Source of the DNA: a virus
Reading direction: 5' to 3' (one strand)
Virus record (IMG/VR): IMGVR_UViG_3300045988_118866
Coordinates: 74,950-138,949 of that record
Length of the DNA: 64,000 nt
In this document: positions 10,391 to 22,124 of the stretch, one piece after another
How positions within the stretch are numbered: position 1 is the first letter of the stretch
Layout: each line of letters opens with the position of its first letter
Position numbers and translations under genes: made by a program
The notes under the pieces: model-generated
The model's input: the letters and a program-made list of their open reading frames with translations, nothing else
Database searches by the model: none
What the model was told of the DNA's origin: nothing

Positions 10391-11567
10391 ACAAGAAGAA
10401 GGATTAAAAATTGCGGTTGAGCGCTATTATGCTCGAGAACGTTGGACTTGTATAGCGGGGTATGCAGGAAGTGGAAAGAGCACTTTAATTAAATTTATTA
10501 TTTCTGCCCTTGATGTTGATCCAGAAGAAGAAGTTTGCTATGTCGCATTTACAGGTAAAGCCGCAACCGTGCTCCAACAGAAAGGATGCCCTAATGCTAC
10601 GACCGCGCACAAACTCTTATATAAAGCCAAAATGATGGCTAACGGAACTTTTAAATTCTTTCCAAAAGATAATAGTGAATTAGCACAATATAAAGTAATT
10701 GTTGTCGATGAAGTATCAATGCTTCCTAAAAAATTATGGGACTTAATGCTAACTCATGGTATTTATATTATCGCGGCAGGCGATCCCGGTCAATTACCAC
10801 CCGTAGATCCTAATGAAAATAATCATGTATTAGATAAACCACACATTTTTCTTGATGAAATTATGCGCCAAGCGCAAGACAGCGAAATTATTCGTTTTTC
10901 AATGTGGATTAGAGAAGGTAAATCTTTAATTTCTTATCGTCCTGAAGGAAAACAAGTAAGAGTATATGATAAAAGTCAAGTTATACCTGAAATGTATGAT
11001 TGGGCTGATTAGATTATTTGTGCTAAAAACGCTACAAGAACTAAGATAAATAATCTTGTTCGAGAAAGAAAAGGTTTTAATCCTGATATTCCTCAAATCG
11101 GAGATAAAATTATTGGATTACATAATAACTGGGATTTTATGTCTGAAAATCGAGTATGGGCTTTAACTAATGGCACTGTTGGAACTATTGAAGATTTTTA
11201 TACAGAGGATATTCGAGTTCCTTATTATATTTCAGAAGTTCCTATTACTTATATGTTTACTCAAATTGTTTTAAGCGATGGAGATAAATTTTGTGGGACT
11301 CCAATTGATTATAAACAACTTATCACCGGTGAAGGGACTCTTACGGGTAGCCAATGCTATCAATTAAGAAATAATAAACAATGTCTTGATCCTCCGCTTG
11401 ATTTTTCCTATGCTTATGCTATTACCTGTTGGAAAGCGCAAGGTAGTGAATACGGAAAAGTATTAGGATTTGAAGAAAATCATCCTTTTGATCGAGAAGA
11501 GCATAAAAAGTATTTATATACTATGGCTACTAGGGCTAGCGATAAATTAGTAATTATAAGGAAGTAA
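10374..11567 (+). CDS. SF1 Dda/RecD-like DNA helicase (one in-frame TAG)
   Basis: ORFs 10374..11012 and 11139..11567 are in the same frame, joined through the TAG at 11010-11012. Walker A AGYAGSGKST, Walker B VIVVDEVSML, motif III AAGDPGQLPPV, motif V/VI CWKAQGSEYG. Confidence 0.8.
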
Positions 11568-11570
11568 TAA

Positions 11571-12215
11571 ATGAAAAAAATATTATCAATAGATTTTGAT
11601 ATTATAATGTCTCCTTGTATTCAACTTTACAATAATTATTCAACTGATGATTGGGAAGCATTATGTTCTCATTTTGAAATTTTAAAATTTGCTAAACCTG
11701 ATTATATCCATTTTAAAAGGCTTTTACAACTTTTATTAAAATTAAGTAAAAGTATGAAAAAAGAAAATATTCATTTTATTGTTTCACATGAAATGATTGC
11801 TACTTATGTTGATAAGAATATAGATGATACTATATCTTTAATTAATATAGATCATCATCATGATATTGCTTACACCGATAAAGACATTGAAAATAAAATT
11901 GAAGATTTAAATTGTGGAAATTGGGTAAAATATCTATCTGAAAAAGGCAAATTAGAAAATTATGTTTGGATTAGAAATGAAGATTCAACTAATTATCCAG
12001 AAGATAGAAAATTTAATTTTTCGTCTACTCCTATTATAGAGTGTAATTTAGGAACGATTGATACTCCTGATGAACTATTTATTTGTTTATCACCTCAATG
12101 GATTCCACCTCATTTAAGATGTCTTTTTTATATTATTGTAGATATATTTAATAGTATTTATGATACTGAATTTAAAGTTCAAGGAGACGAAGAAGATAAT
12201 GGTAAATACATCTAA
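11571..12215 (+). CDS. hypothetical protein
   Basis: 214-aa intact ORF. No confident family assignment. Confidence 0.5.
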   Translation: MKKILSIDFDIIMSPCIQLYNNYSTDDWEALCSHFEILKFAKPDYIHFKRLLQLLLKLSKSMKKENIHFIVSHEMIATYVDKNIDDTISLINIDHHHDIAYTDKDIENKIEDLNCGNWVKYLSEKGKLENYVWIRNEDSTNYPEDRKFNFSSTPIIECNLGTIDTPDELFICLSPQWIPPHLRCLFYIIVDIFNSIYDTEFKVQGDEEDNGKYI

Positions 12216-12462
12216 TTTAAATTCAAGTATTAATGCTATACTTGAAAATAATATGTTTCTTAAGGACGCGGATTTAGCTTAGGATTTAAATTCTAATTTA
12301 GAACTTTTTACCCATGACTTAAATGTAGAATTAGATACGTTAAATTCTATGGTTCGTGATAATATGCATAAGATATCATCTCGGTCAAGAGAATTTGCTG
12401 ATTTTTTAAAAGATATTCGTAGTATATGCGATAATTATATCTCTCGATTTGATTATTATTAA
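12199..12462 (+). CDS. small hypothetical protein (one in-frame TAG)
   Basis: ATG at 12199 (RBS aaggaga 11 nt upstream), in-frame TAG at 12280-12282, TAA at 12460. Not in the ORF track because of the TAG. Confidence 0.35.
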
Positions 12463-12516
12463 ATAATATGATATTATATAAATATAAATTAAAATAAAAG
12501 GAGGGTCGGAGTTAGA

Positions 12517-15500
12517 ATGAGATCATATTTTAATTGCCATTCACATACTATGTATTCGAATCTCCGTTTACTTTGACTGTATTAATCGACCAACAGCACT
12601 AATTGATAAAGCAATAGAATTAGGATTATCAGGCATTGCCATTACAGACCATGAATGTCTTTCTGCACATATGGAAGTAAATCAATATGCAAAAAAAATA
12701 AGAGAAAAAAATCCTGATTTTACTATTGCTCTTGGTAATGAAATTTATCTCACTGATACAAGAGATAACGGACAAAAATATTACCACTTTATTCTTATTG
12801 CTAAAGATGCTATCGGACATAAAGCATTAAGAGAATTAAGTTCTATTGCTTGGATTCATAGTTATGTTGATAGACGTATGGAACGAGTTCCTACTTTAAA
12901 AAGTGAACTTGAAATGGTAATGGAGCAATATAAAGGGCATGTCATAGCTACAACTGCTTGTATTGGTGGAGAACTTGGTAGTTGTATTTTACCAATGTTT
13001 CAAGCTGAATTAAATAAAGATATTGAAACTCAAACTAAATATTATAATCAAATAATTGATTATATCAATTTTTGTATTAAAGTATTTGGAAAAGATGATT
13101 TTTATCTTGAATGTGCGCCTTCTACAGATGCCGAACAAATAGTGGTAAATCATAAGATTTATCAAATTGCTAAAGCATTTGATTTAAAAATGGTAGTTGG
13201 AACAGACGCGCATTATTTGACTAAAGAAGATAGGCCCATTCATAAAGCATATCTTACTTCTAAACCAGGAGAAAGAGAAGTTGATGATTTCTATAAATTT
13301 ACTTACTTAATGACAAGTGATGAAATTTTTGAATTAATGGAACCTTATGCTAATGATTGGGATAAAGATAATAAAACAGGAAAAGAATTGATAAATTGGA
13401 TTCTTGATAACACTCAAGAGATCCAAAATAAAATTTCTTTTTATTCATTAGAAAGAAAACAAATTATTCCAAAAGTTGAAGTAAAGGATTATAAGAAAGG
13501 ATTCATTCCTTCAAACTGGTTCGATAAATATCCAATTATCTGTTCTTTAATTAATAGCGACAATATTCAAGAACGATATTGGGTAAATGAATGTATTAAA
13601 GCTTTACAAGAAAAGCAACTTTATGATAATAAAAATTATTTAGAGCGACTTGAAATTGAAGCTGATATTATAAAAGACATTGGCGAAAAATTAGATGATT
13701 GTCTTTTTGCTTATTTTAATACTTTCCAACATTATATTAATTTATTTTGGGAATGTGGAAGTATTGTAGGTCCTGGACGTGGTTCAGCGACTGGCTTTTT
13801 ATCTAATTATCTTTTAGGCATTACTCAATTAGACCCAATTCGTTGGGGACTTCCTTATTGGAGATTTTTAAATAAGGAGCGTGCAGAATTGCCTGATATT
13901 GATATTGACCTTGCTCCAAGTAAACGTCCAGCAATTTTCAAAGCAATTAGAAAAGAACGCGGAGAATTGGGATTGGTTCAAGTTGCTACTTTTGGAACGG
14001 AAGGCACTAAACAAAGTATTTTAACCGCTTGTCGCGGATATAGAAGCGAAGAATTTCCAGAAGGAATTGATGTTGATAACGCTCAATATATGTCTTCATT
14101 AATTCCCCAAGAACGTGGATTTTTATGGCCTATTCATGATGTTATTTATGGTAATGAAGAAAAAGACCGTAAACCCGTTCAAGCATTTATTCGAGAAGTA
14201 AACCAATATCCTGGTCTTTTGGATATTATTATATATATTGAAGGAATGGTTAATAAACGTTCTTCTCATGCTTCTGGCGTTATTTTGTATGGCGATGATC
14301 CATTTGATACCGCATCATTTATGAGAACTCCTAGTGGAGATATGATTACTTGTTGGGATCTTCATAAAGCAGAAGCCGCGGGAGATACAAAATATGACTT
14401 CCTTGTAACTGAAGCTTCTGACAAAATTATTACTTGTTATCAATTACTTCTAAAAGATAAGCAAATTCCAGAATTATCTTTACGAGAATTTTATAATAAA
14501 TATATTCATCCAGAAGTGATAGATACAACTGACCAAGCAATTTGGGACCATCTTGCGGCCGGTGACGTATTAGATGTATTCCAATTTTCTACAGGAGTTG
14601 GTTTGGCAATTGCGAAACGTCTTAAGCCCCAAGACCCTATGGAAATGACGGCGGCCAATGCTATGATGCGTCTTATGTCTGAAAAAGGTAAAGAATCACA
14701 GCAAGATAGATATTATCGCATTCAACATTCAGGTATTAAAGTATTTGATGATGAAATGAAGGCTCAACATCTTCCACAAGAATTAATTGATAAGATGCAT
14801 AAGCATTGTGATAAATATTATGGATGTTGTCCTATTCAAGAGCAAATGATGGAAATTCTTATGGATGTAGCTCATTTTACTCTTGGTGAAGCTAATACTG
14901 CGCGTAAGATTGTTGCTAAAAAACAAATGGCTAAAATTCCACAATTGAGAGAGCAGGTACTTAGTAAATTTGATAATGAAAAATCTGCTGAATACTTTTG
15001 GGAAATCGCAGTTGCTCCTCAATTAGGATACGCATTTAGCCTTAATCACTCTCTTCCTTATTCATTTGTAGCAATTCAAATGATTTACTTAGTAATTCAT
15101 TTTAATCCTATTTATTGGGATACTGCTTGCTTAATTGTTAATAGTGGTTCCCTTGAAGATAATAGTGAAGAAGAGATTGTAGATATTTATGCTCCTGAAG
15201 GTGATGATTTAGCTAATGGAGTAACATTTGAAGATCTTCCTGACAAAAGTGGTAAAATCCGCAAAACCGCGGCTACTGATTATGGGAAAATTGCAAAAGC
15301 CATTAGTGACATTCAAAAAGCAGGAATTGAAGTAGGTCTTCCTGATATTAACAAATCTAAATTTGGATTTGCTCCTGATATTGAAAATAATAAAATTCTT
15401 TTCGGATTAAAAGGTATGCTGAATGTTGGTGATGAATTAGTTAATACAATCATTGCTAATCGTCCTTACTCAAATCCTAAAGAATTTTTATATCGTATTA

Positions 15501-16507
15501 AGCCAGGTAAACAAGCTATGATTTCTCTTATTAAAGGCGGAGCTTTTGATAATATGATGGATAGAAAAGAATTAATGATTTGGTATATTTGGGAAACTTG
15601 CGATAAAAAGAAAAGAATTACTCTTCAAAATATGGGCGGACTTATGAAGTATGATCTTCTTCCAGAAGAAAATGAAAATCAAATTATGGCTCGCCGCATT
15701 TATGAATTTAATAGATATTTAAAAGCAATTTGTAAAACTACAAAAAATAACGGTCTATATCAACTTGATGAACGAGCTATTAATTTCTTAGTAGAAATTG
15801 GAGAAGATAATAATATTCAATTTGATGGAACTAATTATTCTTTAAGTGAAAATATTTGGAATGGTATATACCAAAAGTGGATGGATATATTTCGCACTTG
15901 GATTGCTAATAACAAAGATGAAATTTTGAATAATCTAAATATAAAAATATTTAAAGATGATTGGGATAAATACGCTAATAAAAATAATTTATCCGCTTGG
16001 GAAATGGAAGTTCTTTGTTATTATTATCATACTCATGAATTGAACAATATTAACAATGATAAATATGGATTTGTAGATTTTTTTAAGCTTCCAGAAGATC
16101 CAATAATTGACAGAAGTTTTACCAAAGGAAATCATACTATTCATATTTATAAGTTATTTAAAATTTGCGGAACTTGTATTGCTAAAAATAAAACTAAAAG
16201 CACTGTAACCATTCTTACTACTACTGGTCCTGTAGAAGTAAAGTTTAGAAAAGAATATTTTAGTTTATTTGATAAACAAATTTCAGAGCGCGGAGCGGAC
16301 GGAACTAAACATATTGTTGAAAAATCTTGGTTTAATCGCGGAAATATGATTGTAGTCTCTGGAATTCGTAATGGAGATAATTTCATGTCAAAAAAATATG
16401 CTTCTTCTGGAGGACATCAATTATATAAAATTGATGAAATTTTATCCAATGGCGATTTAGTTTTAAAAGATGCTCGTTATCAAGGAGGAATTGAAGAAGA
16501 TGTATAA
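12517..16507 (+). CDS. dnaE: DnaE-type DNA polymerase III alpha subunit (PHP domain + pol core); N-terminus requires a +1 frame change at 12571-12577
   Basis: ATG at 12517 follows RBS aaaggaggg and encodes the PHP start MRSYFNCHSHTMYSNLRLL, then hits TGA. The +1 frame continues as DCINRPTALIDKAIELGLSGIAITDHECLSAHMEV..., matching the PHP consensus (HxH...YS.LDG...ITDH). The core carries LPDIDIDLAP (palm aspartates). No in-frame TAG anywhere in about 1330 codons. Confidence 0.8.
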
Positions 16508-17066
16508 AATTATTGCATTATGTGGAAAATCTGGTGCAGGAAAAGATAGCCTAATGATGGCTACCTTTTCCCACTTAGAGGAATATTTAAATCCTATTAT
16601 AAGCCACACTACGCGTCCGAAGCGTGAAAAAGAAATAGCAGACAAAAATTATCATTTTGTTTCAGATGATCAGTTTTTAACTTTAATTGATGAAAATAAA
16701 ATGTTAGAAACTACTTCTTTTAATAATTGGTATTATGGCACAAGTATTGATAGTTTGTCTGATAGTAAAGTTAATATTGGTGTTTTTAATCCTGAAGGAA
16801 TTATAAGTCTTCTTAAAGATAATCGAATTGAATTAGAAATATATTATATCACTGCGAAAGGAAAAACTCGCTTAATTAGGCAATTAAACAGAGAAGAAAA
16901 TCCTGATGTAGATGAAATTATTAGAAGATATACTGCTGATGAAATTCAATTTCAGCTAATGAATGATATTAAATGCAATATTGTAACAAATGAAACATTA
17001 GAAGATTATAATAATATTGTTAATCTTTTAACTCAAAAAGTTAAACAATGGGCGGAAATGGACTAA
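16500..17066 (+). CDS. guanylate kinase family nucleotide monophosphate kinase
   Basis: P-loop CGKSGAGKDS and the SHTTRPKREKE...YHFV motif characteristic of the guanylate kinase family. ATG at 16500 overlaps the polymerase stop. Confidence 0.7.
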   Translation: MYKIIALCGKSGAGKDSLMMATFSHLEEYLNPIISHTTRPKREKEIADKNYHFVSDDQFLTLIDENKMLETTSFNNWYYGTSIDSLSDSKVNIGVFNPEGIISLLKDNRIELEIYYITAKGKTRLIRQLNREENPDVDEIIRRYTADEIQFQLMNDIKCNIVTNETLEDYNNIVNLLTQKVKQWAEMD

Positions 17067-17152
17067 GATAAATAATTATTTACTAACAAAATCTAAATAT
17101 AGTAGAATATTCTAAAAGAACTACTATATTTAGTTTGGAGGCAAAAAAATTG

Positions 17153-19405
17153 TATATTATTAAACGTGATGGAAGTATAACTCAATTTAATAAAAAGAAA
17201 ATTATTAACGCAATAAATAAAGCATTTATTGAAGTTGATGGTAAACTATATGAAGATGATACTGCGAAAGATATCGCGGAAGACATTGAAAGACAAATAA
17301 ATCATTTCCCTGATGGAAGTGTTGGAGTAGAAGATCTTCAAGATTGGATTGAAGATTATTTAATGCGTTCTGAGCGACGTGATGTTGCTCGTGCTTATAT
17401 CAGATATAGATATAAAAAAGAAGTTGCTCGTAATAAAAAAGATGATTTTATTAAAGCAATTCGTGAAAAGCTCGATGGTAATAATGTAAAAAATCAAAAT
17501 GCTAATGTTGATGAACATTCATTCGGCGGCCGCATAGGTGAAGCAAGTAGTGTTGTCACCAAACAACTTGCACTTGATTACTTACTTTCCCCTATGGCTC
17601 GTAAGAATCATGTTGATAATATGATATATACTCACGATCTTGATTCTTATTATGTCGGCTCTCATAACTGTTTAAGTATTCCTTTTGATAATTTGCTTGC
17701 TAATGGATTTAATACTCGTCAAGCAGATGTTCGTCCTGCGGGTTCAATTAATACAGCATTTCAATTAATTGCTGTTATTTTTCAAATCCAAAGTCTTTGT
17801 TAGTTTGGTGGAGTTAGTGCTACTCACTTAGATTGGACTATGGTTCCTTATGTAAGAAAATCTTTCTTTAAACATTTCAATGATGGCATTGAATTTTTAT
17901 ATGAAGGATTAGATATGAGTAAATATGATGGTTGTTATAGTAAAGAAACTCCTATTGATGATGATTTTTATAAATCATTTCCAAAAGCATATAAATATGC
18001 TATGAAAATGACCACTCGTGAAACTCATCAAGCTGCAGAAGGCCTTTATCATAATCTTAATACTCTACAATCTCGTAGCGGCAACCAATTACCATTTACA
18101 AGCATTAACTATGGCACTTGCACCAAACTTGAAGGTAGAATGGTAACTAAAGCATTATTAGATGTTTCTATCGAAGGTCTCGGTAAACTACATAAAACTT
18201 CAATTTTTCCTTGTGGAATTTTCCAATGTATGAAAGGTGTTAACCGCAAATCAGGTGATCCTAACTATGATTTATATAGATTAGCATTAGAAAGCACCGC
18301 GAGACGCCTTTATCCTAATTACGCAAATGTTGATTGGTCTGGTAATGCGGGATATGATATTAATGATCCTCGCACTTATTTTTCTACAATGGGATGCAGA
18401 ACCGCAAACGGCTGGGATATCAATGGATTCGGTCAGCTTAAAGATGGACGTGGAAATATTTGTCCAGTTACTATTATTCTTCCAACTCTTGCGATGATGG
18501 CCGTTACTCTAAATGAAAATGATAATTGGGATGACTATAAGTCATTATCCCAAGAAGAACGAACTAAAATTGGTGTAGAACGATTTATGTCTTTACTCGA
18601 TAGAAAAATCAATGAAGCACGTATTCAATTAATGGAACGTTTTGAATGGATTTGCTCTCAAGATCCTGGATCCGCGAGGTTTATGTATGAAAATAATGTT
18701 ATGGCAGGTTATGTTCCAGAAGAAGGAATTCGTTCCGCTCTTAAACACGGAACTCTTGCTATTGGTCAGTTAGGTTTGGCTGAAACTCTTCAAATTCTTA
18801 TTGGTAAAGACCACACCACTTCAGAAGGAATGGAATTAGCTAAACGAATTGAACAATTATTTAAAGAAAGATGCGCTGAATACAAAGAAAAATATAAATT
18901 AAATTTTGGAGTTTATTATACGCCCGCAGAAAATCTTTGTTATACAGCTATGACGAAATTTAAAGAAAGATACGGCGAAATTCCTAATGTTAGTGATAAA
19001 GAGTTTTTTACCAATAGTATTCACGTTCCCGTATGGAAAGAAATGAGTCCATTTGAAAAAATTGATATCGAATCTGAGTTAACTGGTTATTCATCCGCAG
19101 GATGTATCACTTACGTCGAACTTGATTCTACTGTAAAACATAATATTGATGCTCTTGAAACTATCGTCAATTATGCGATGGATCACGATATTCCTTATTT
19201 CGCAGTAAATGTTCCTAATGATACTTGCCTTGAATGTGGTTATTGTGATGAATTTAATGATTCCTGTCCTGTATGTGGAAGTCATAATATTCAGCAATTA
19301 CGTCGCGTGACTGGTTATCTTACTGGTAATTATAAAACTGCTTTTAACTGGGGTAAACAAAAAGAAGTTGAAGCAAGAGTAAAACATACGGGAGTATTAG
19401 AATGA
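17153..19405 (+). CDS. nrdD: anaerobic ribonucleoside-triphosphate reductase NrdD (one in-frame TAG)
   Basis: ATP-cone N-terminus (L)YIIKRDGSITQFNKKKIINAI. The ORF-track pieces 17135 and 17840 share a frame and are joined by the TAG at 17801-17803. C-terminal Cys cluster CLECGYC...CPVCG and glycyl-radical motif RRVTGYL. Likely TTG start at 17153, 11 nt after GGAGG. Confidence 0.9.
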
Positions 19406-19854
19406 AATACGCGGGAATTATAAAGAATGATTTGGCTGCGGCGCCCGGGGTGTGTGTATCATTTTTTACACAAGGGTGTCCGCACCGCTGTGAAGGATGC
19501 CAAAATCCTGAAACGTGGGATTTTGATGGTGGTAAAGAATTTACTAATAAAGTATTAGATGAATTAATTACCGCTATTAGCGCAAATAATATTGAACGTA
19601 ATCTTTGTATTATGGGTGGAGAGCCTCTTTGCCCTGAGAATGAGTTTTTAACTAATTTAATTATTACTGAAATCAAAAAAGTATATCCAAATATTAAAAT
19701 ATATGTGTGGACTGGATATGTTTATGATGATTTAAAGAATAGCAATAATATTAGAATTAAAAATATATTAAAAACCGCCGATTACCTAATTGATGGACCA
19801 TATATCCAAAAGGAAAGAGATATCACTTTACCTTTACGCGGTTCCCGCAATTAG
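19402..19854 (+). CDS. nrdG: anaerobic RNR activating protein NrdG (radical SAM)
   Basis: CPHRCEGCQNPETW carries the radical-SAM CxxxCxxC motif. Small size and position immediately after nrdD. Confidence 0.85.
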   Translation: MKYAGIIKNDLAAAPGVCVSFFTQGCPHRCEGCQNPETWDFDGGKEFTNKVLDELITAISANNIERNLCIMGGEPLCPENEFLTNLIITEIKKVYPNIKIYVWTGYVYDDLKNSNNIRIKNILKTADYLIDGPYIQKERDITLPLRGSRN

Positions 19855-19873
19855 AACATTATTAATTTAAAAC

Positions 19874-19902
19874 TTGACAAAAAAGAAAATTTGTGATATA
19901 AT
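19874..19902 (+). promoter_or_regulatory. consensus sigma70/SigA promoter TTGACA-17-TGnTATAAT
   Basis: TTGACA at 19874-19879 and extended -10 TGATATAAT at 19894-19902. Confidence 0.6.
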
Positions 19903-19935
19903 TTTTCTATGAAATAGATAGGAGATTATATCACA

Positions 19936-20469
19936 ATGAATGTTTTTTATACTAATACGATGGGAGAATTATATAATTCTCCTCGTAAATTCGAAGAAGG
20001 AACTATTGCCATTTCTGGTGAAGATCAGAAACAATATTGTTATACTGGAAATGAATGGGTAATGGTAGGAACTACTACTAATAATTTGTCAGATAATTCT
20101 ACTACATTTCAAACTGGAATGAATTTATATGATTTTAATAAAAATATTATGATACAAATGGATCCAATTAATGAAGAAGAATTAAATAAATTAATGGGTA
20201 GTATTAATGAAATGAGTGAATATGGAATGTATTATATGTTATTATGTAAAGATTATAATTATTATACCATTTTTCACAAAAATATTCCTCCAATTATTTC
20301 AACTGGTTCTGTAGCGAGTATGGTAATTATACTTTGTCAAGAATTAGGAAGTATTGTTGGTTGGGAAAAAAATAATGATAATGCTATTGAAATTTGGATA
20401 AATATTGATAATGAATCTTATTGTTTTTATTTATTCCAATATGATGCTGGTATTGTGGAGTGTAATTAA
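19936..20469 (+). CDS. hypothetical protein
   Basis: 177-aa intact ORF following the strong promoter. Confidence 0.5.
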   Translation: MNVFYTNTMGELYNSPRKFEEGTIAISGEDQKQYCYTGNEWVMVGTTTNNLSDNSTTFQTGMNLYDFNKNIMIQMDPINEEELNKLMGSINEMSEYGMYYMLLCKDYNYYTIFHKNIPPIISTGSVASMVIILCQELGSIVGWEKNNDNAIEIWINIDNESYCFYLFQYDAGIVECN

Positions 20470-20730
20470 ATGATTGTTTGTAATATTAATTTATTTTCAA
20501 TGGAACAAAATGTTTTTAAAACCTATGATGATGGAATGGCAGTAAGTATTGGAACTTGTAGTATTCCTGATCTTCCAAATGTTTTAGTAGCATCTTGTTA
20601 TAAAAATGATACTGATACTATACGTTTATATGGTATTGAAGATTTTATTAATGAATTAATTCCAAAAATTTATGAAAGTAATAGTTTAAATTATTCCAAT
20701 AGAAAAGAAATTAAAGTTGAGGTAGGTTAA
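20470..20730 (+). CDS. hypothetical protein
   Basis: 86-aa ORF, translationally coupled to the upstream gene. Confidence 0.45.
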   Translation: MIVCNINLFSMEQNVFKTYDDGMAVSIGTCSIPDLPNVLVASCYKNDTDTIRLYGIEDFINELIPKIYESNSLNYSNRKEIKVEVG

Positions 20731-20978
20731 TGAATAAGTATCTTGTAAGTGCTACAGAAGTTTATCGTGTAGATAATGAGGAAAGCGCGGCCGCGCTTAT
20801 TGACGAGGCTAAGGCTGAAACTAAATATATTTTAGCTAAGTATAGTTCAGTGAAGAAAGAAAAAAAGGCTAAGGGTGAAATTGTCGATGAATGGTATCAA
20901 GTCACTCTTGTTAAAAAATTCAATGATGAAAAAGATCCTATTAGTAATATTGATGTAAATTATGAGGTAAGCTTTTAA
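20730..20978 (+). CDS. hypothetical protein
   Basis: 82-aa ORF with ATGA overlap to the upstream gene. Confidence 0.45.
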   Translation: MNKYLVSATEVYRVDNEESAAALIDEAKAETKYILAKYSSVKKEKKAKGEIVDEWYQVTLVKKFNDEKDPISNIDVNYEVSF

Positions 20979-21502
20979 TGAAGTTTGAACGAGTAAGCAA
21001 ATATCCTGACGCGGTTTTGCCAGTAAGAAAGACCGTTAAATCAGCAGGTTATGATTTTACAGTTGCGGAAGATATTATAATCCCGTCTTATTCAGATCAA
21101 GTACTTGAGATGGTCCGATGGGGAAGAGGAGGACATACATATACTCTAACAGAGATGGCTAATTTGTCTAAAGAATTAAAGACTAAACCCACTCTTGTGC
21201 CTACTGGAATTAAATGTGAATTAAATGATAATACATATCTTGAATTATCAGTTCGCAGTTCTTGTCCTTTAAAATATTGGCTTATTCTTGCTAATGGCGT
21301 TGGGATTATTGACGCAGATTACTATAATAATCCTGATAATGAAGGACATATTTATTTTCAGATGATTAATTTATCTCCATTTGATATTCAACTTCATAAA
21401 GGTGATGTTATTGGTCAAGGTATTATTAAACCTTATTTAATCACCGAAGACGATAATGCTTCTGGTGACCGTCTTGGAGGATTTGGCTCAACTTCAAAGT
21501 AA
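20978..21502 (+). CDS. dut: dUTP diphosphatase (trimeric dUTPase)
   Basis: Motifs SAGYDF, GVGIIDADY and KGDVIGQGII match dUTPase motifs 1, 3 and 4. Confidence 0.85.
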   Translation: MKFERVSKYPDAVLPVRKTVKSAGYDFTVAEDIIIPSYSDQVLEMVRWGRGGHTYTLTEMANLSKELKTKPTLVPTGIKCELNDNTYLELSVRSSCPLKYWLILANGVGIIDADYYNNPDNEGHIYFQMINLSPFDIQLHKGDVIGQGIIKPYLITEDDNASGDRLGGFGSTSK

Positions 21503-21534
21503 TTACCTCAAACCTAAAGAAAGGAGGTAATTAC

Positions 21535-22047
21535 TTGAATATCCTCTTTTTAGATTTATCTACTAAATCTACTGGTTATTGTGTATCTAATAGTGAGGGA
21601 GAAATGTTAGATTATGGACTGTTAACCGCGATTTCCTCTAATAATTTAGATAGAATACAAAAAATACAAGATTAGATTATTGAATTAGTAAAAAAATATA
21701 ATATAGAGAAGATAGTAGCGGAAGATGTTCATCCTGAAACTTATGGATATTCTGATACTTCACGTTTATTAATGTGGCTTCAAGGTGCAGTAATGTTGGG
21801 CGCACATGGAGTTAATTCTTCATTTACTTCCAAAACATTAGAGCTGATGTAGGCAAGTGAATGGCGCAAAAAACTTGGAATTAAAACTGGTCGCAGTATT
21901 AAACGTGAAACTCTCAAACAAGCCGATATTGATTTTGTATAGCAAAAATATAATATAAAAGCCAATGATGATATATGTGATGCTATATGTTTATATACTG
22001 CATATTTCACGAAAGAAAGTTCCAATAATGATTTTAATTGGGAGTAA
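21535..22047 (+). CDS. RuvC-like Holliday junction resolvase (three in-frame TAG codons)
   Basis: TTG start at 21535 directly after RBS aggagg. The read-through frame encodes NILFLDLSTKSTGYCV (RuvC motif I), IVAEDV and DAICLY (catalytic acidic residues). TAGs at 21673, 21850 and 21940; TAA at 22045. Absent from the ORF track because of the TAGs. Confidence 0.75.
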
Positions 22048-22124
22048 TAAATAGGCCTTAAATAAATAATCCTCCTTCCCTTCTTTTAAAATATATTAGA
22101 AGTTAATGGAAGGAGGTATTTTTT

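Noticed and set aside
12574-12576. Reading the TGA in the polymerase N-terminus as a recoded sense codon (TGA = Trp/Gly)
   Set aside because: TGA is used as the terminal stop of many genes here (e.g. 4926, 6303, 6617, 30630, 52449). The homologous PHP sequence resumes in the +1 frame, not in frame, so a frame change rather than TGA read-through explains the data.
17135-17152. ORF-track start of NrdD at TTG 17135
   Set aside because: The GGAGG Shine-Dalgarno at 17137-17141 lies inside that extension. The TTG at 17153, 11 nt downstream of the SD, gives the canonical ATP-cone N-terminus, so the longer start is unlikely.
439-19676. Minus-strand ORFs in the early region (439..936, 991..1311, 1672..1857, 2128..2409, 3164..3355, 6200..6415, 9631..9816, 12629..12820, 14783..15022, 16147..16386, 16463..16645, 19091..19297, 19344..19676, 21780..22025)
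   Set aside because: Each lies fully antisense to a well-supported plus-strand gene with recognisable motifs. They are low-complexity, Leu/Ile/Ser-rich translations typical of the antisense strand of AT-rich coding DNA, and none has an RBS.
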